Positions 26,440 to 39,232 of a stretch of DNA of 64,000 bases are shown in pieces. The notes under the pieces are model-generated. The model searched no databases and had not been told where the DNA came from. It was given only the letters and a program-made list of their open reading frames with translations. The number at the start of each line of letters is the position of its first letter. Position 1 is the first letter of the stretch. Source of the stretch: Octopus sinensis (taxonomy: Eukaryota); contig NC_043005.1 in NCBI RefSeq assembly GCF_006345805.1, forward strand, positions 12,338,001 through 12,402,000, in the 5' to 3' direction. The translations under genes were made by a program, and so were the position numbers.

Positions 26440-26527
26440 TGCAGGTGTCAACTCATTACTGCCGTTTCAAGCGTCTCATGGAAACATTACATCATTGCAA
26501 AGAAACTGTTTTCGTCAGATTACTGCA
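26440..26527 (-). ncRNA. Type I hammerhead-like motif, third copy of the 25 kb family
   Basis: Minus strand: TGCAG-TAAT-CTGACGA-[43 nt]-GAAA-CGGCAG-TA-ATGA-GTTGACAC-CTGCA. Confidence 0.55.
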
Positions 26528-26727
26528 TATGTGGTAAATTTGTGGTAATTCATTTTACCTTTGCCCATATAATACAGTAAATGAATTGATTGCATCGCAA
26601 TCATTAACATTTATGTATTAACGTTGTTGGGTACTTCACTAGCAGTATATTGGATATACGTTATCCCATGGAGGTTGCATTTACAACCCCTATCTCAATT
26701 TGTAAACATATATATATAATATATATA

Positions 26728-26769
<42 letters not shown>

Positions 26770-26778
26770 ATATGTATG

Positions 26779-26820
<42 letters not shown>

Positions 26821-26856
26821 TGTATATACTATATATATATACATATATATATATAC

Positions 26857-26912
<56 letters not shown>

Positions 26913-26918
26913 ATGTAT

Positions 26919-27035
26919 GAGGGCGTCTGGCTCAGTGGTTACAGCGTCGAGCTTACGATCGTGAGGTTGTGAGCTCGAATTCCGGACCGGGCTGCGTGTG
27001 GTATTCTTGAGCAAGAAACTTTATTTCACGTTGCT
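26919..27035 (+). mobile_element. SINE 5' portion (24659 family)
   Basis: Pol III head and GAGCAAGAAACTTTATTTCACGTTGC block, truncated. Confidence 0.7.
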
Positions 27036-27175
27036 TCAGTTAACAAGCTTATTCTATTTACATCCGTCTTCAGAGCTTAATCATGCTGCTTGTGAGGTAT
27101 ATATATATACGATACATGTAATGTATTTAATCGAGCGACTAAGGAATGAATTAGTAAATGTAATTATTGTACTAT

Positions 27176-27340
27176 GGCGCAGGAGTGGCTGTGTGGTAAG
27201 TAGCTTGTTTACCAACCACATGGTTCCAGGTTCAGTCCCACTGCGTGGCACCTTGGGTAAGTGTCTTCTACTATAGCCTCGGGCCGACCAAAGCCTTGTG
27301 AGTCGATTTGGTAGACGGAACCTGAAAGAAGCCCGTCGTG

Positions 27341-27385
<45 letters not shown>

Positions 27386-27606
27386 TGTGTGTGTTTGTGT
27401 GTATGTATGTTTGTCCCCCTAGCAATGCTTGACAACCGATGCTGGTGTGTTTATGTCCCCGTTACTTAGCGGTTCGGCAAAAGAGACCGATAGAATAAGT
27501 GCTGCGCTTACAAAGGAATAGTCCCGGGGTGGAGTTGCTCGACTAAAGGCGGTGCTCCAGCATGGCCGCAGTCAAATGACTGAAACAAGTAAAAGAGTAA
27601 AAGAGT
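27176..27606 (+). mobile_element. SINE with internal (TA)/(TG) microsatellite
   Basis: Same family as 9315-9697 and 59075-59585; AAAAGAGT tail. Confidence 0.9.
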
Positions 27607-28632
27607 ATGGAACTTTTTATTCACCTAACTTATCTGAAACGCATGAAAGTTAACAGGAATAAAATGTCTAAGTTCCTCCATTACTTTTGTGTCTTTTCTA
27701 TGAAACTCTATAACAACATACCAACTGTACTTGCGGATTAAACTTCGGCTTAACAAATTGGACTAGTGTCGATTTGGTAAAGTACGGTTTATCTAGATCT
27801 CTACATCTATCGCAAATAAATCTCGTTCGTTTGAGTTACCTTCCTTCATAAGAGACATTATATAGTATTTCGCCCGGTTCCTTAATCTCTTTCCTATTAC
27901 ACACACACACACACAAAAGAACACACACATACATAGACATGCACACACATACCACACACACATATATATTCATATATGTAGTGTTTTAATTATTAACGTC
28001 TGTGTTATGAAATAGTGTAATTCACTCAGAATTTGCTATAGTATTAGTTTAGCTAAGTTCAATCGAGTTTGTTTTGGTTCTCTAAAGAATAGAATATAAA
28101 AGCTTTCACTTGTGTATTAATAACTATGGATAGTGGTGGGAATATTATCTGCATGAACGTCAAGTGCTTGGTTGCTATTTATCTAGATAATTTAGGAGTT
28201 AGTCATAAGTTTTCATTGAATATATTTACCGATTCTGTTTTGTACCTAGCGTAAAAATGTTTCTTTGTTATAGTTTAATTAATAACGTTAGGTTTAATCC
28301 TTCCTAGAATTAAGATTGAATGAATGTGGTAATATATATGGTATGTTTCTTCTTAAACAACACTTTTTGTAGTACTGTTGACACCACTGGATTGAAGGGT
28401 ACTATTCAAGTGTCGAAACTACAGTGATATCCGTGGGGTAGCTGATGACGGAGGTATGCTGGATTGTCTGTATGGTATGTACGGAACAGTTTTATAAGCC
28501 ATCTATTTGATATATATATATATATATATATATATACCGGAGTAAACACATAGATGTGAAACAAGCTGGAACAAAGAGTACTCAAATACCAGGGGTAGAG
28601 TAATATGCTTTATTTAAAAGCAGCAGAAATTC

Positions 28633-28685
28633 AACAAAACCTGTTACTCTAAGTTTCACGTCCCCGCTCGTCGGACAGTTTTGTT
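28633..28685 (-). ncRNA. Minimal type I hammerhead motif with CCGACGA core
   Basis: Minus strand: AACAAAACTGT-CCGACGA-GCG GGGA CGT-GAAA-CTTAGAG-TA-ACAGGTTTTGTT; stem I pairs over ~11 nt with one bulge. Confidence 0.65.
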
Positions 28686-28700
28686 AAAATTCAACAGTTT

Positions 28701-28753
28701 AACAAAACTGTCCGACGAACGGAAACGTGAAACTCAGAGTATCATGCTTTGTT
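28701..28753 (+). ncRNA. Minimal type I hammerhead motif with CCGACGA core (inverted twin)
   Basis: AACAAAACTGT-CCGACGA-ACG GAAA CGT-GAAA-CTCAGAG-TA-TCATGCTTTGTT; 3' strand of stem I partly mutated. Confidence 0.6.
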
Positions 28754-28775
28754 GAATTTCTGCTGCTTTTATATA

Positions 28776-28835
<60 letters not shown>

Positions 28836-28916
28836 GCATATATGTAGGCAGAAAGATAGATAAAGAGAAATGTATATGTAATGCAAATTAAGATAACACC
28901 AGTATAAATAACATAT

Positions 28917-29085
<169 letters not shown>

Positions 29086-29103
29086 ATCTGTATCAATTGT
29101 ATC

Positions 29104-29234
29104 AATAGGAATATTCTCCTGATGAGAAGAATGGAATTGTTATATTTTTTATATCCGTTAGTTTACGATACGGTATATAATATTGTATATTAGGCTCTAA
29201 ACTTCGAAATTGCAATAGAGAATTAACTCCTATT
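29104..29234 (+). ncRNA. Type I hammerhead with a 72-nt stem II insertion
   Basis: ATTCTC-CTGATGA (29119-29125)-GAAG...CTTC-GAAA (29206-29209)-TTGCAA-TA-GAGAAT; distal stem I AATAGGA/TCCTATT. Confidence 0.7.
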
Positions 29235-29384
29235 TTTAAAATGTGGATTTTATATGTCATGTCGCTCGCAAGCAGCTTTATTGTGAGGAGATAAAATATG
29301 AGTGGTAATAGTGGCTTTATTGTGATTTTTGACTGCTATGTCTAAACACGTATGGGTTTTTGCAACTCTCTCCATTATAATTGA

Positions 29385-29585
29385 TTTATTCCTAATTATA
29401 AACATATCTATTGGGAACTAATTAGTTCTGCAAAGCCTTATCGAAAAGGGGGAAATAAATGTGACTTGTGCGTAGAGGAACTTTACCAAATATTTGCATC
29501 AGAACATGCGTTAATTAATAGAAGACACCCAGAAGCCCTGAGATGTTTACACAAACACGGACTGACCTTTAAGAGAAATAGATAA
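29385..29585 (+). mobile_element. Penelope-like element GIY-YIG C-terminal remnant
   Basis: WELISSAKPYRKGGNKCDLCVEELYQIFASEHALINRR...CLHKH* fits the W..I..A..Y...C.LC..E...I...LN.R...C.H pattern. Confidence 0.65.
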
Positions 29586-31403
29586 TTGTAGCCAGTAAAC
29601 ACCCACCAATAACAACGCTTAATATAACTTATAATGCTAAACATATAAATATCTTATATAGCATCATTAATAGAAAAGCGAATATCCTATACACTGTGCA
29701 ACACAAGCAAAGGAGCAACTCAACCAAAAGATGAATATAAACAAACAAGAACCCTCCACATCAAACACTAAGAGTCAGACAGACAGATAGACGTGTAGAG
29801 GAGAATAAAGAAAGAAAGAAAGAAAGAAAGAAGGAAAGAAAGAAAGAAAGAAAGCAAGAACGAATCGTTCCAGCTCTTGATTATTCTTATATTTTATCGA
29901 AACGGAGTGATGGGCGGCATTTTTTGTCTTTTTGGAGTGATGAAGGATATCACTAGGATTGAGGAAATTAACACTTTGGGAGTCAAACTGAAAGCAGATT
30001 TTAAAAGCGTGTTTATGAATGATACAAACGCTAGGTATGAGTCGAAACCGGATTTTCGAAGTGCACGGCGGGATGAAAATTTTTATACACCATTGTCTCT
30101 AAATATATATTAGCTTAATGAATCTGATCCAGTGGGGGAAGAAATATTTCAGCTGAAATGATGGAGATGTAAGTAAGTGCTTTCATTTTTGTAAGGAAGC
30201 CAATATAAGATATTGAACTGTCGCGAAGAATGTTACGCATTTGTTTTATTGACTGCATAAGAATACGTGGCAGAACGACATTGATGTTATTGAACTCAGA
30301 ATAAAAGGCATCATAATTCGATAATGCAGCAAGACCGATGATCTAACATCCAAAACAACCGATGAAAGTAAACATTAAAAAGCATTTACTGTCATTACCT
30401 TTAGCATCTTCTCACTCACTCCCCCACCACTGCGTGTGTGTGTATGTGTGTACATGTGTGTATGTATGTCTAGAAAATAATAGAGTTTTATTGAACAGCT
30501 TAAACAATGAAACACTAAAATTAAATATGAACCTACTGACTTCGGAATGCAGACAGAACAAAACTAATTCAAATGAACGAAATAGCTGCAGGGGTGGAAA
30601 CGATTTTCGTCTAATTATTGAATCAATTTGATCGGGTGAAGATATATTTCAGACAGGAGAATATTTATTTAAACATTATTTCTAAACACTGGTGTGATAA
30701 TGAGGTGATTTAAAGTGCACTTAGATGATTTACTTTGAGATAGAAGCAGGCTCAAAATATGAACTCATTGTAGTGCTCGGCAATAAAATATTTAAAGTCA
30801 AAAGGATGATATGAGATATAAAAAAATATCATTGTTTTACGATTTAATAAATAGTGATTGTAAATTTTTTAAGCCCTTCCTTGTAAAAAAAAAAATTGAA
30901 GACTAGTGAAATTCAGTGTCATGCACTGAAAGCAGGGCAGCTCGTGAGACCGGCATCATTTCATGGGATATTGTCGCAGGAATATATCCAAGCCGTGGAG
31001 ACTAAAGAATCCTTGATCAGATTTATACTATTCTAACCATGTATATTAGGAGGAGTATACCTATACTTTATGGCGTCTAGTTATGATTAGACTTCCAGAG
31101 CGTTTCGTCAGTTAAATGAGTATGTCTGATCTTTAATAACCGGAAGTAAGACGCCAAAGGCTCATAACGTAATGGAACACGTTCGTAATTCAACAAACCT
31201 GCTCTTTTCATTAAGAAAAATATATATTTCACCAAGATGCGATGGTTTTTCATTCAAAATTGATATATAGAATCGGTTGCACCACCAATATTTGACTCTT
31301 AATGGCTGTATTAGTCCATGGAATAGAACTGTGTATTCTAAATTTATTGCAAACAACTATACATACCACGCAAAATTTAACCTTTTCATTATACAGACAC
31401 ATT

Positions 31404-31990
31404 GAGGCGACGAGCTGGAAGGAGCGTTAGCAAGCTTGGCCAAATGCTTAGCGGTATTTCGTCTGCCGCTACGTTCTGAGTTCAAATTCCACCGAGGTCA
31501 ACTTTGAATTTCATCCTTTCGGGGTCGATAAATTAAGTACCAGTTACGCACTGGGTCGATATAATCGACATAATACCTATGTCTGTCCTTGTTTGTCCCC
31601 TCTATGTTTAGCCCCTTGTGGGTAATAAAGAAATAGGTATTTCGTCTGCCGCTACGTTCTGAGTTCAAATTCCATCATGGTCAACTTTGAATTTCATCCC
31701 TCCGGGGTCGATTAAATAAGTACCAGTTAAGCACTGGTGTCGATATAATCGACTTAATCCGTTTGTCCGTCCTTGTCTGTCATCTCTATGTTTAGCCCCT
31801 TGTGGGTAGTAAAGAAATAGGTATTTCGTCGGTCTCTACGTTCTAAGTTCAAATTCCGCCGAGGTCGACTTACTTTTCATCTTTTCGTGGTCGATAAATT
31901 ACGTACCAGTTGCGCAGTTGCGTCGATCTAATACACTGTCCCCTTCTCCCAAAATTTCGGGCGTTTAGCCTGGAGTAGAAAAGATTATAC
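31404..31990 (+). mobile_element. Head-to-tail trimer of a ~180-230 bp SINE unit
   Basis: Three repeats of GGTATTTCGTC..CGTTCTGAGTTCAAATTCC...GTCGATAAATTAAGTACCAGTT; monomer at 39001-39232. Confidence 0.85.
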
Positions 31991-32519
31991 AGATATATTG
32001 AGATGATGTGTTTTAGGGAATAGATATTTATGAACAGAGAAAATATATTTCATTGACATGGTTTTCAATTATTTTAATCAGGAGGAAGTGGAGACTGTAT
32101 TCCTTAAATAGTCTCCTACCTCTTGATATGAGGCTTATATTTAAATATGTAAGGCTCATATATCAACATAGGTTTCTCTTGCTTCTGTATAACTTAATCT
32201 CCCCTAAACGAGCAGTGTTTTGAATAAATGTGTTTAAAGCCATAGCTACGTTGAGTTACTTTCAAGTATATTATGATTTAGTTAGGAGCCTTAGTCAGAA
32301 ACCTTATTCTAAGACTAATACATCGCGCTTTCATTGGCTCCTGTCATAGTAGGAGCTGTACTTTGTAGTTCGAGGTAACGAAACATTACAATTGTACAGA
32401 CATTTGGTCTTAGATTAATGGTAGACCATGTAATAAATATTTTTGTATTGGCCGTTAGTGTAGGCATTATGCATCGAAGAACAAATCTGATTACAAATGG
32501 TACTGTTCAGGAATAGAAT

Positions 32520-33332
32520 ATACATAAAAAATTCTTTTTTAATCTAACATATACTGTCTCCTATTTATTTTGTAGACTTGCAAGGCCCCTCTTCCAAAAT
32601 TCACTTGTCCATGACGAAAACTACTCCTCCAGTACTGTTCTGACATTGTCCACAGGATTCACGTTTTTTCCGTCCAAATGGTTTTGAAGACAGCAGAATA
32701 AATAATAATCAGATGAGGCAATGTCCGGCGAATAAATTGGGAGGGGCATCGTTTCCCATTCAAACTTCTCCAGCATTTGGAATATTAACCTCGCTGTATA
32801 TATTCGAACATTATTCTGATGGAGAGAAAATCTTGTGTCTTGAAACGAAAGAGGGTCATTTTTATTCTAAAGCTGACTTGAATGACATGCTGAACAACCA
32901 CATCCAAGCTTCTCTGCTAGTTTTTCAACAGTTACGATGAGACATTGTTCTTCCAGGGTTCTACAGATCTTCCAGGTCATGGCTTGTCTTCTAGGATGTA
33001 GTTTCCGGCTCGGAATTTCTGGAACCACTATAGACGCTAGATTGCGCTTATTGTCGGTTCCCCATATACTGCATTGATATCCCTCGCACTATCCGTTGCG
33101 TTGTTGAACTCATAAAGCAAAAATATGCTGAACATGTTCCAGTCTCTTCCATTATAGCTTTGAAAAAATAACTGTTAAAATCGAACCGCTCTCTTCAAAA
33201 CTTGCACTAAGAATAAGGACAAAATAAAATTACTACCTGCTTTTATAGCAAGTTGATGCTGATAGTTTATCCCATTCCCCTCCGACTTTTACTTCATGCA
33301 ATTGAGAAGACTGCATTATTTATGGGATGACC
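32520..33332 (-). mobile_element. Internally deleted, degenerate mariner
   Basis: N-terminal WFQKFRAGNYILEDKP..GRS and C-terminal WETMPLPIYSPDIASSDYYLF; terminal GGGTCATCCCATAAATAATGC next to (TA)n. Confidence 0.8.
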
Positions 33333-33342
33333 CATATATATA

Positions 33343-33383
<41 letters not shown>

Positions 33384-33451
33384 TGTGTGTGTGTATATGT
33401 ATGTATTTATGTATGTATGTGTGTATGAATGTATGTATGTATGCATGTATG

Positions 33452-33484
<33 letters not shown>

Positions 33485-33997
33485 TGTAAGTGTATGTTCG
33501 AATGTGTGTGTATTTACACACACACATACACACTCCTGTTCCCCATTCAATATATAAATTTCATATCATTTTTATTCCATAATTCCATGTTTTTTTTTAC
33601 AGATCTATTATACTTTTTTTTCTCTTCCAGAAGCGTTATAAGCAATTTTTCGTCCTGAAGGACTTGAATTTTATTCCAGAATAACATCATAATTAATACC
33701 ACCTCTAGATATTTTGAGCATTATTAATAATTTGCATGCGCATGTATGTGCATATATGTGTGTGCGTGTGAGTGTGTGTGCTCGCCTATATATGTATGTG
33801 TGCCTATGTATGTATGTATATATGTATGTATATATGTATATATGTATGTATGTATGCATGCATGTATGTCTGTACGTATGTATGCTTGCATGTATGTTTG
33901 AATGACTCTCTCACTCATTCTCTCTTTAAATATATATACGTATATATATATATACACATATTTATATATATACACATGCACACGCACACACACACAC

Positions 33998-34050
<53 letters not shown>

Positions 34051-35950
34051 ATTAAATGCTTCAAATTTGAATTCAGTTTGTCTAATAATAGGAAGCAAAG
34101 AAGTATAAATTTCAAGTGAGTGCATCGCTGAAATAATATATATCGAAATAAAATTTTATTTAGAAAATATGGTTTTATTTATGCTAACCGCTAATAAGGT
34201 TGGTGTCACTTCGAACGAAATATGATTGACTAGATTCTATTTTAAAAAAGAAACAAGAAAAAAATACAGAAAATTTCGTAAGAAAGAATAGTTGCTATGG
34301 TGACGTTGACGTTTATAAAATGAACACAAGGAAAGTAATTATTGTAATTGCCAAAGGTTAAGCTGTAAGCAATTACCAGGTGAAAAAACTGCTTTTCCTA
34401 TCATAAATGATTTATAAAATTGCATCCGCATATTCATCCTTGAATATCGTATACAAGCTACAATAATTCAAGTTTATAAGATAGCTAACATTGTTTCTAG
34501 TAATCTTTCAAATTACGTTCAGCCATGTTATAATAGACCTATAGTTGAAAATAAATTGTATCGGGTAAACGTGAATGCTTAAGCGTAGAATATTTTTCAC
34601 CATAGATCCGCTTGATCGGGATTGATTGATGGATTACAAATAGCATTCAAAGCGGCTAGAGATGAATGAATGCCTTGGTATTGGAGAAATATAGTCTGAT
34701 AAACAAGAAAATATTGTATTATCAATCCATGGCACTGCATCTAAAATACTCTGGAAACAAAGAGATGTCTATTCAGTTCATTCTAAAAAGCTAATGCATG
34801 CTATTCTCTAAAAATAACTATTCCTCCAGATCTAGAAAATATAACCATTGTTGCTCGTTTCTTTCAGAAACAATGGATTATCATTGCTTTGTAAACATTA
34901 ATATATTCAGAGACAATGCAGTTACTGAATCAAATACACTAAAAGTAAGATATCACCTGCACATGCAAAATGTACAGTTTCTTGCCACATTTCTCGAAAG
35001 ACCTCTTAGGCTCTCCAAATACACGAAGCATCTGCAATTGACTAAATGAATAAAATATTTCTTGACTTGTACTTACTTCATTGAATAGAGTGCGAAACAA
35101 AATAAAGCGAATATATCTACATTGAAGCACTCTAATATTTCTGACATTATCTGCAGTATAAATACTATAATAAAAAATAATATTTCTATCAGGGATGATA
35201 GCGATAATGAAACTGTTGATTACTTATATTACAATAATATTTTCCGCTACGCTAATATTAAAGAAGAAAATGTTGCGTATTTATTATAGCAAATTATTGT
35301 TAAAGAATACAGTATTAGATATGAAGAAAAAAAGCGTTAATGAGGCTTTGATAATACACAAGTTAAGAAATCAATGTAATTTCTTCTACGAATCTAACAC
35401 TTTTCTTTTGGATCAAAGAGAGATGATTAAGCCACAGATTGAAAGAAAAGAATTGCGTCACATTAATTGTGTGTTCAATTATCTTTTAGGCTTTAAAAGT
35501 ATTGTGTTAAAACATCTAGAGAAAATATATTTGGAACTAAATACAAATGATACTACTCAATAAAAATACACTCGAAGCGCCAATACTCTGCTGTCGTCAT
35601 ATGTTAAGAGTGGATTTAGTATTACAATATTTTGGTTCAAACCCCGACGGTGCAGATGCGATTTATTATACGTTTCTGCAGAATCTACAAGCGTGTGAGC
35701 CGCTATATTATATTTATTGTTATATTTCTAATATCAACACCATCTTTAACTATGTTTATCTTGTGTCAAGAAAATTAGTAGAAATATATTGAATTTTAGG
35801 CATCTGGTCACCATCGCTTATTTGATACCCTCTTTCGAAATATATTGCAGGAGTAAATTCAGGAAATATTTCTAGTTACTTACAAAATTCATTACATTGA
35901 TAGACATTACTTAAGGTCCGTTAAAAGTCCTGCTGTAATATATATAATAT

Positions 35951-36214
35951 GGTGGAGGCGGACTCGTGTGTTCGAATCTCAGACCAGGCGATGTGTGTGT
36001 TTATGAGCGAAACATCTAAGTTCCACACGGTTCCGGCAGAAGATAATGGCAAAACCTCTGCTGACTTTCTCTCCACAATTTTCTCTCACTCTTTCCTCCT
36101 ACATCTTGCAGTTTACCTGCGACGGACCGGCGTCCCGTCCAGGTGGGGAACCTATACGCCAAGGAAACCGGCCCTTATGAGCCAGGCATGGCTCGAGAAG
36201 GAACAAACAACAAC
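35951..36214 (+). mobile_element. Degenerate SINE
   Basis: Head partly deleted; body and tail (GGACCGGCGTCCCGTCCAGG...GAAACCGGCCC.ATGAGCC) shared with 4126-4419. Confidence 0.75.
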
Positions 36215-37365
36215 AATATACATAATATGATCTTCATTATTTCCTGTAAATATGTCTTTGACAGAGTTGCAAACCACAATGAAATAATGTAGAATAGTGG
36301 AATCAGAAAATTTGCGTATGTATTTCCTCAAACTTAGCTCCATCCAGATTAATAAGATCAAAACCCGTGAAACACCAATCGCAATGCAATCGCATTCAAT
36401 ATCCAATATTCGCAAGGACAGCTTAAACGTTTAACCGTCAAAAATTTAAAAAACAATAGTTGAACGAGGAGTATGGAAAATACTGCAGTTCACAAAATAG
36501 GTCACGAATCCGACAATCAACAAAGGTTTTTATGGACAGTTCTCCGAGTAATTTCGTTAAATAATGCTGCGTTTTGGAGTATTTCAGATGTTAAAACAAA
36601 GAATTATGCCTCTTCAGCATTTCATGCACAGCTGAATCCCTAATTTATCTACCAGTCGTAGAAGTAAAATTTACTTTATCATTCAGATTTACGACAATTT
36701 CAAAAGCTGGCAGTTAAGTTTAACATTATAGATGCAGAAAAGTGGCAATACTAAACCGTACATGTTGCTTAAAATAATATATTATTCATAGATTATGATA
36801 TATTTCAGCAACCAGTACACTGTGTTTAGAAATTGTTATGACCTCCGCCACAGCGAAAGATATTTCATCCTGGATAATATATAGCAGAATGAAGTACAGC
36901 ACAAATTTGTTGGTGACAACGATTGATGTGTTTTAACTTTGCATTCCCAAATGCACTCTCGGTATAAAGAGAAAGTAAATGCCATTACAACGGGAGGCTC
37001 GTTTCACAGATTGTTACTTGCCGTGTGCAAAGCAAAACAGAAGAATGGAAATGGAAGAAATGAGCTGAAGAAAAATTGCAGTAAGTGTATCACTAGCCAC
37101 AGCCATCCGATGACTACACAAGTACAAGGACTTGGGGAATCCTAAGGAATAGAAGGTTTTAAGTAAGGTGTTGATATCAGTGCATAAAATATGTACTGCA
37201 CTAAAGCTACATCAAAATTTTCCGGACTTTTAATTCCGGACTCTTTAATTGAGGCAGTATTGAGTTCTCTCCTTGTGCTGTATAGACATTTAATGTGGTT
37301 TTAGAGTCAGCTCTTGGCTGCTATTTTCAGCATGGCGGTATCTCTTAGATACCCTAAATTATTAT

Positions 37366-37427
<62 letters not shown>

Positions 37428-37459
37428 ATTTATATACATATAAGTATATATATATAATA

Positions 37460-37832
37460 ATGATAAATCTCAGAGCGAGTTATAAACAGTAGCAGCAACA
37501 CATCGTGACGTATATTTGCCATTTGAATATGGCTAACCCCTAAGAGTGGATGCTACTGTAGTTTGTAGCCCCAGAAGGACACCTCCTCCAGCTGGCTATA
37601 GACACACTTTCTGTGCCCTATCAGTATTTGCGAAGGGAAGCCATCCTTCCCGTCTTCAACTTATGATACACACGGACTCGAGTTTCAGGGTATTGACCCG
37701 TCATCGGCGTGTGACAATCATAGTTGTCGATGAGAAGTCGGTTCCCTTCACAAATACATATACTTTTTCCAGTATCGATTGACACTGATATTGTTGCTGC
37801 TACTGTTTATAACTCGCTCTGAGATTTATCAT
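37460..37832. repeat. Segment bounded by a perfect 41-bp inverted repeat
   Basis: ATGATAAATCTCAGAGCGAGTTATAAACAGTAGCAGCAACA at 37460-37500 and its reverse complement at 37792-37832. Confidence 0.9.
37669..37713 (-). ncRNA. Minimal type I hammerhead motif with CCGATGA core
   Basis: Minus strand: CACACG-CCGATGA-CGGG TCAATA CCCT-GAAA-CTCGAG-TC-CGTGTG. Confidence 0.7.
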
Positions 37833-38020
37833 TGTTTGATTTCCTTTTCCAAAATGAATCCTTATATTGAACTCTAATATTTCTCCCCATTCAACGATAT
37901 CCCTAATATCCCAGAAACAGCTGTAAGACTAACTCTCTCTATAAATATCCTGAAAAGTCCACACAGCCTTGGGTTTGTTGTCTCATTTTATTAATCACAC
38001 ACACACACACACACACACTT

Positions 38021-38074
<54 letters not shown>

Positions 38075-38099
38075 ACATATATATATATATATGCCTGTA

Positions 38100-38920
38100 T
38101 ACGAGGTGGTATGAAAACGTCCCCGGTTTAGTTATGTTTAATAAAAAATAACTTATTTACCTAAGTTTTATTATCATCGCCTTCGAAATAGTTACCTTGC
38201 GCAACAATTCACCGGTTCCAGTGTTCCTCCTACTCCTGGAATCTGGCCCGGAAATTGTTTTCCCTGAGCGAGTCGAGGACCTTCTGCTATTTGCTCTTAA
38301 TCTCGACAACGTGTGTTAAAATGGCAACCTCTGAGCTGAATTTTCATTTTGGGGAATAGATGGAAACCTGCAGGTGCTAAATCTGGAGAATAGGGCGGGT
38401 GCAGAATCGATGCTATCCCAATTTTAGCGGGCAACTTATGAGTGAGAAGAACTCGGTGAGAGGGTAAATTGTTATCGTGAAGACTTCAATTCTTCGCTCT
38501 TCACAGATTCGGGAACTTCAAAACGTCGCGGTAGAACTTACGATTGATTCTCTGGCTCTGGGGGACGAATTCTAGAAGCACAATATCACATTTAATTGCC
38601 ACTCGAGACAATGCGTACGACGAATTGCCTCGTCGCTCTAAGCTTGCCGAAGCATGCTCGATGTCTCTCTAGCTGACTTCTCAAGTTTAACGTAAAATTT
38701 CACGTTGGTTCTTTATTCCTGTTCGTGACAAAATCGCAACCTACATCATACGAGTGATCACAAAAGCATAAATTTCACAACTTGCGAAGTAAACACAGCA
38801 ATGTCACCCGGCACACTGCCTCATGAAGGTTACAATTAGCTCTCACTGTTCATGCAACCGTGTGCTGCCATGTGTTCGCGCGCTCCAGAACTAGTCCGGA
38901 AATTGTTGATGCTTGCCATA
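38100..38920 (-). mobile_element. Degenerate mariner
   Basis: HPPYSPDLAPAGFHLFPKMK on the minus strand; diverged TIR-like ends TACGAGGTGGTATGAAAACGTCCCCGG and CTAGTCCGGAAATTGTTGATG. Confidence 0.75.
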
Positions 38921-39000
38921 TGCTTGCCTTAAATCTTAAGACATACAAGTGTATGATATATACATGCGATCACAGTTTCTCTATAATACATATCATATGC

Positions 39001-39232
39001 AGGACGCCGAGCTGGCAGAATCGTTAGCACGCCGGGCGAAATGCTTAGCAGTATTTCGTCTGCTGCTCCATGCTGAGTTCAAATTCCGCCAAGGGAGACT
39101 TTGCCTTTCATCCTTTCGGGTCGATAAATTAAGTACCAGTTACGCACTGGTGTCGATGTAATCGACGTAATCCCTTTGTCTGTCCTTGTTTGTCCCTTCT
39201 ATGTTTAACCCCTTCTGTGCAATAAAGAAATA
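39001..39232 (+). mobile_element. SINE monomer (31404 family)
   Basis: GACGCCGAGCTGGCAGAATCGTTAGC...GTTTAACCCC...AATAAAGAAATA. Confidence 0.85.

Noticed and set aside
28375-28430. Additional hammerhead (CTGTT-GACAC...GTGTC-GAAA-CTACAG-TG)
   Set aside because: Core lacks the GA, the triplet ends in G and stem I does not pair; at most a heavily decayed relic.
35195-35563. 122-aa AT-rich ORF
   Set aside because: Composition typical of random AT-rich DNA; no recognisable motif or splice signals.
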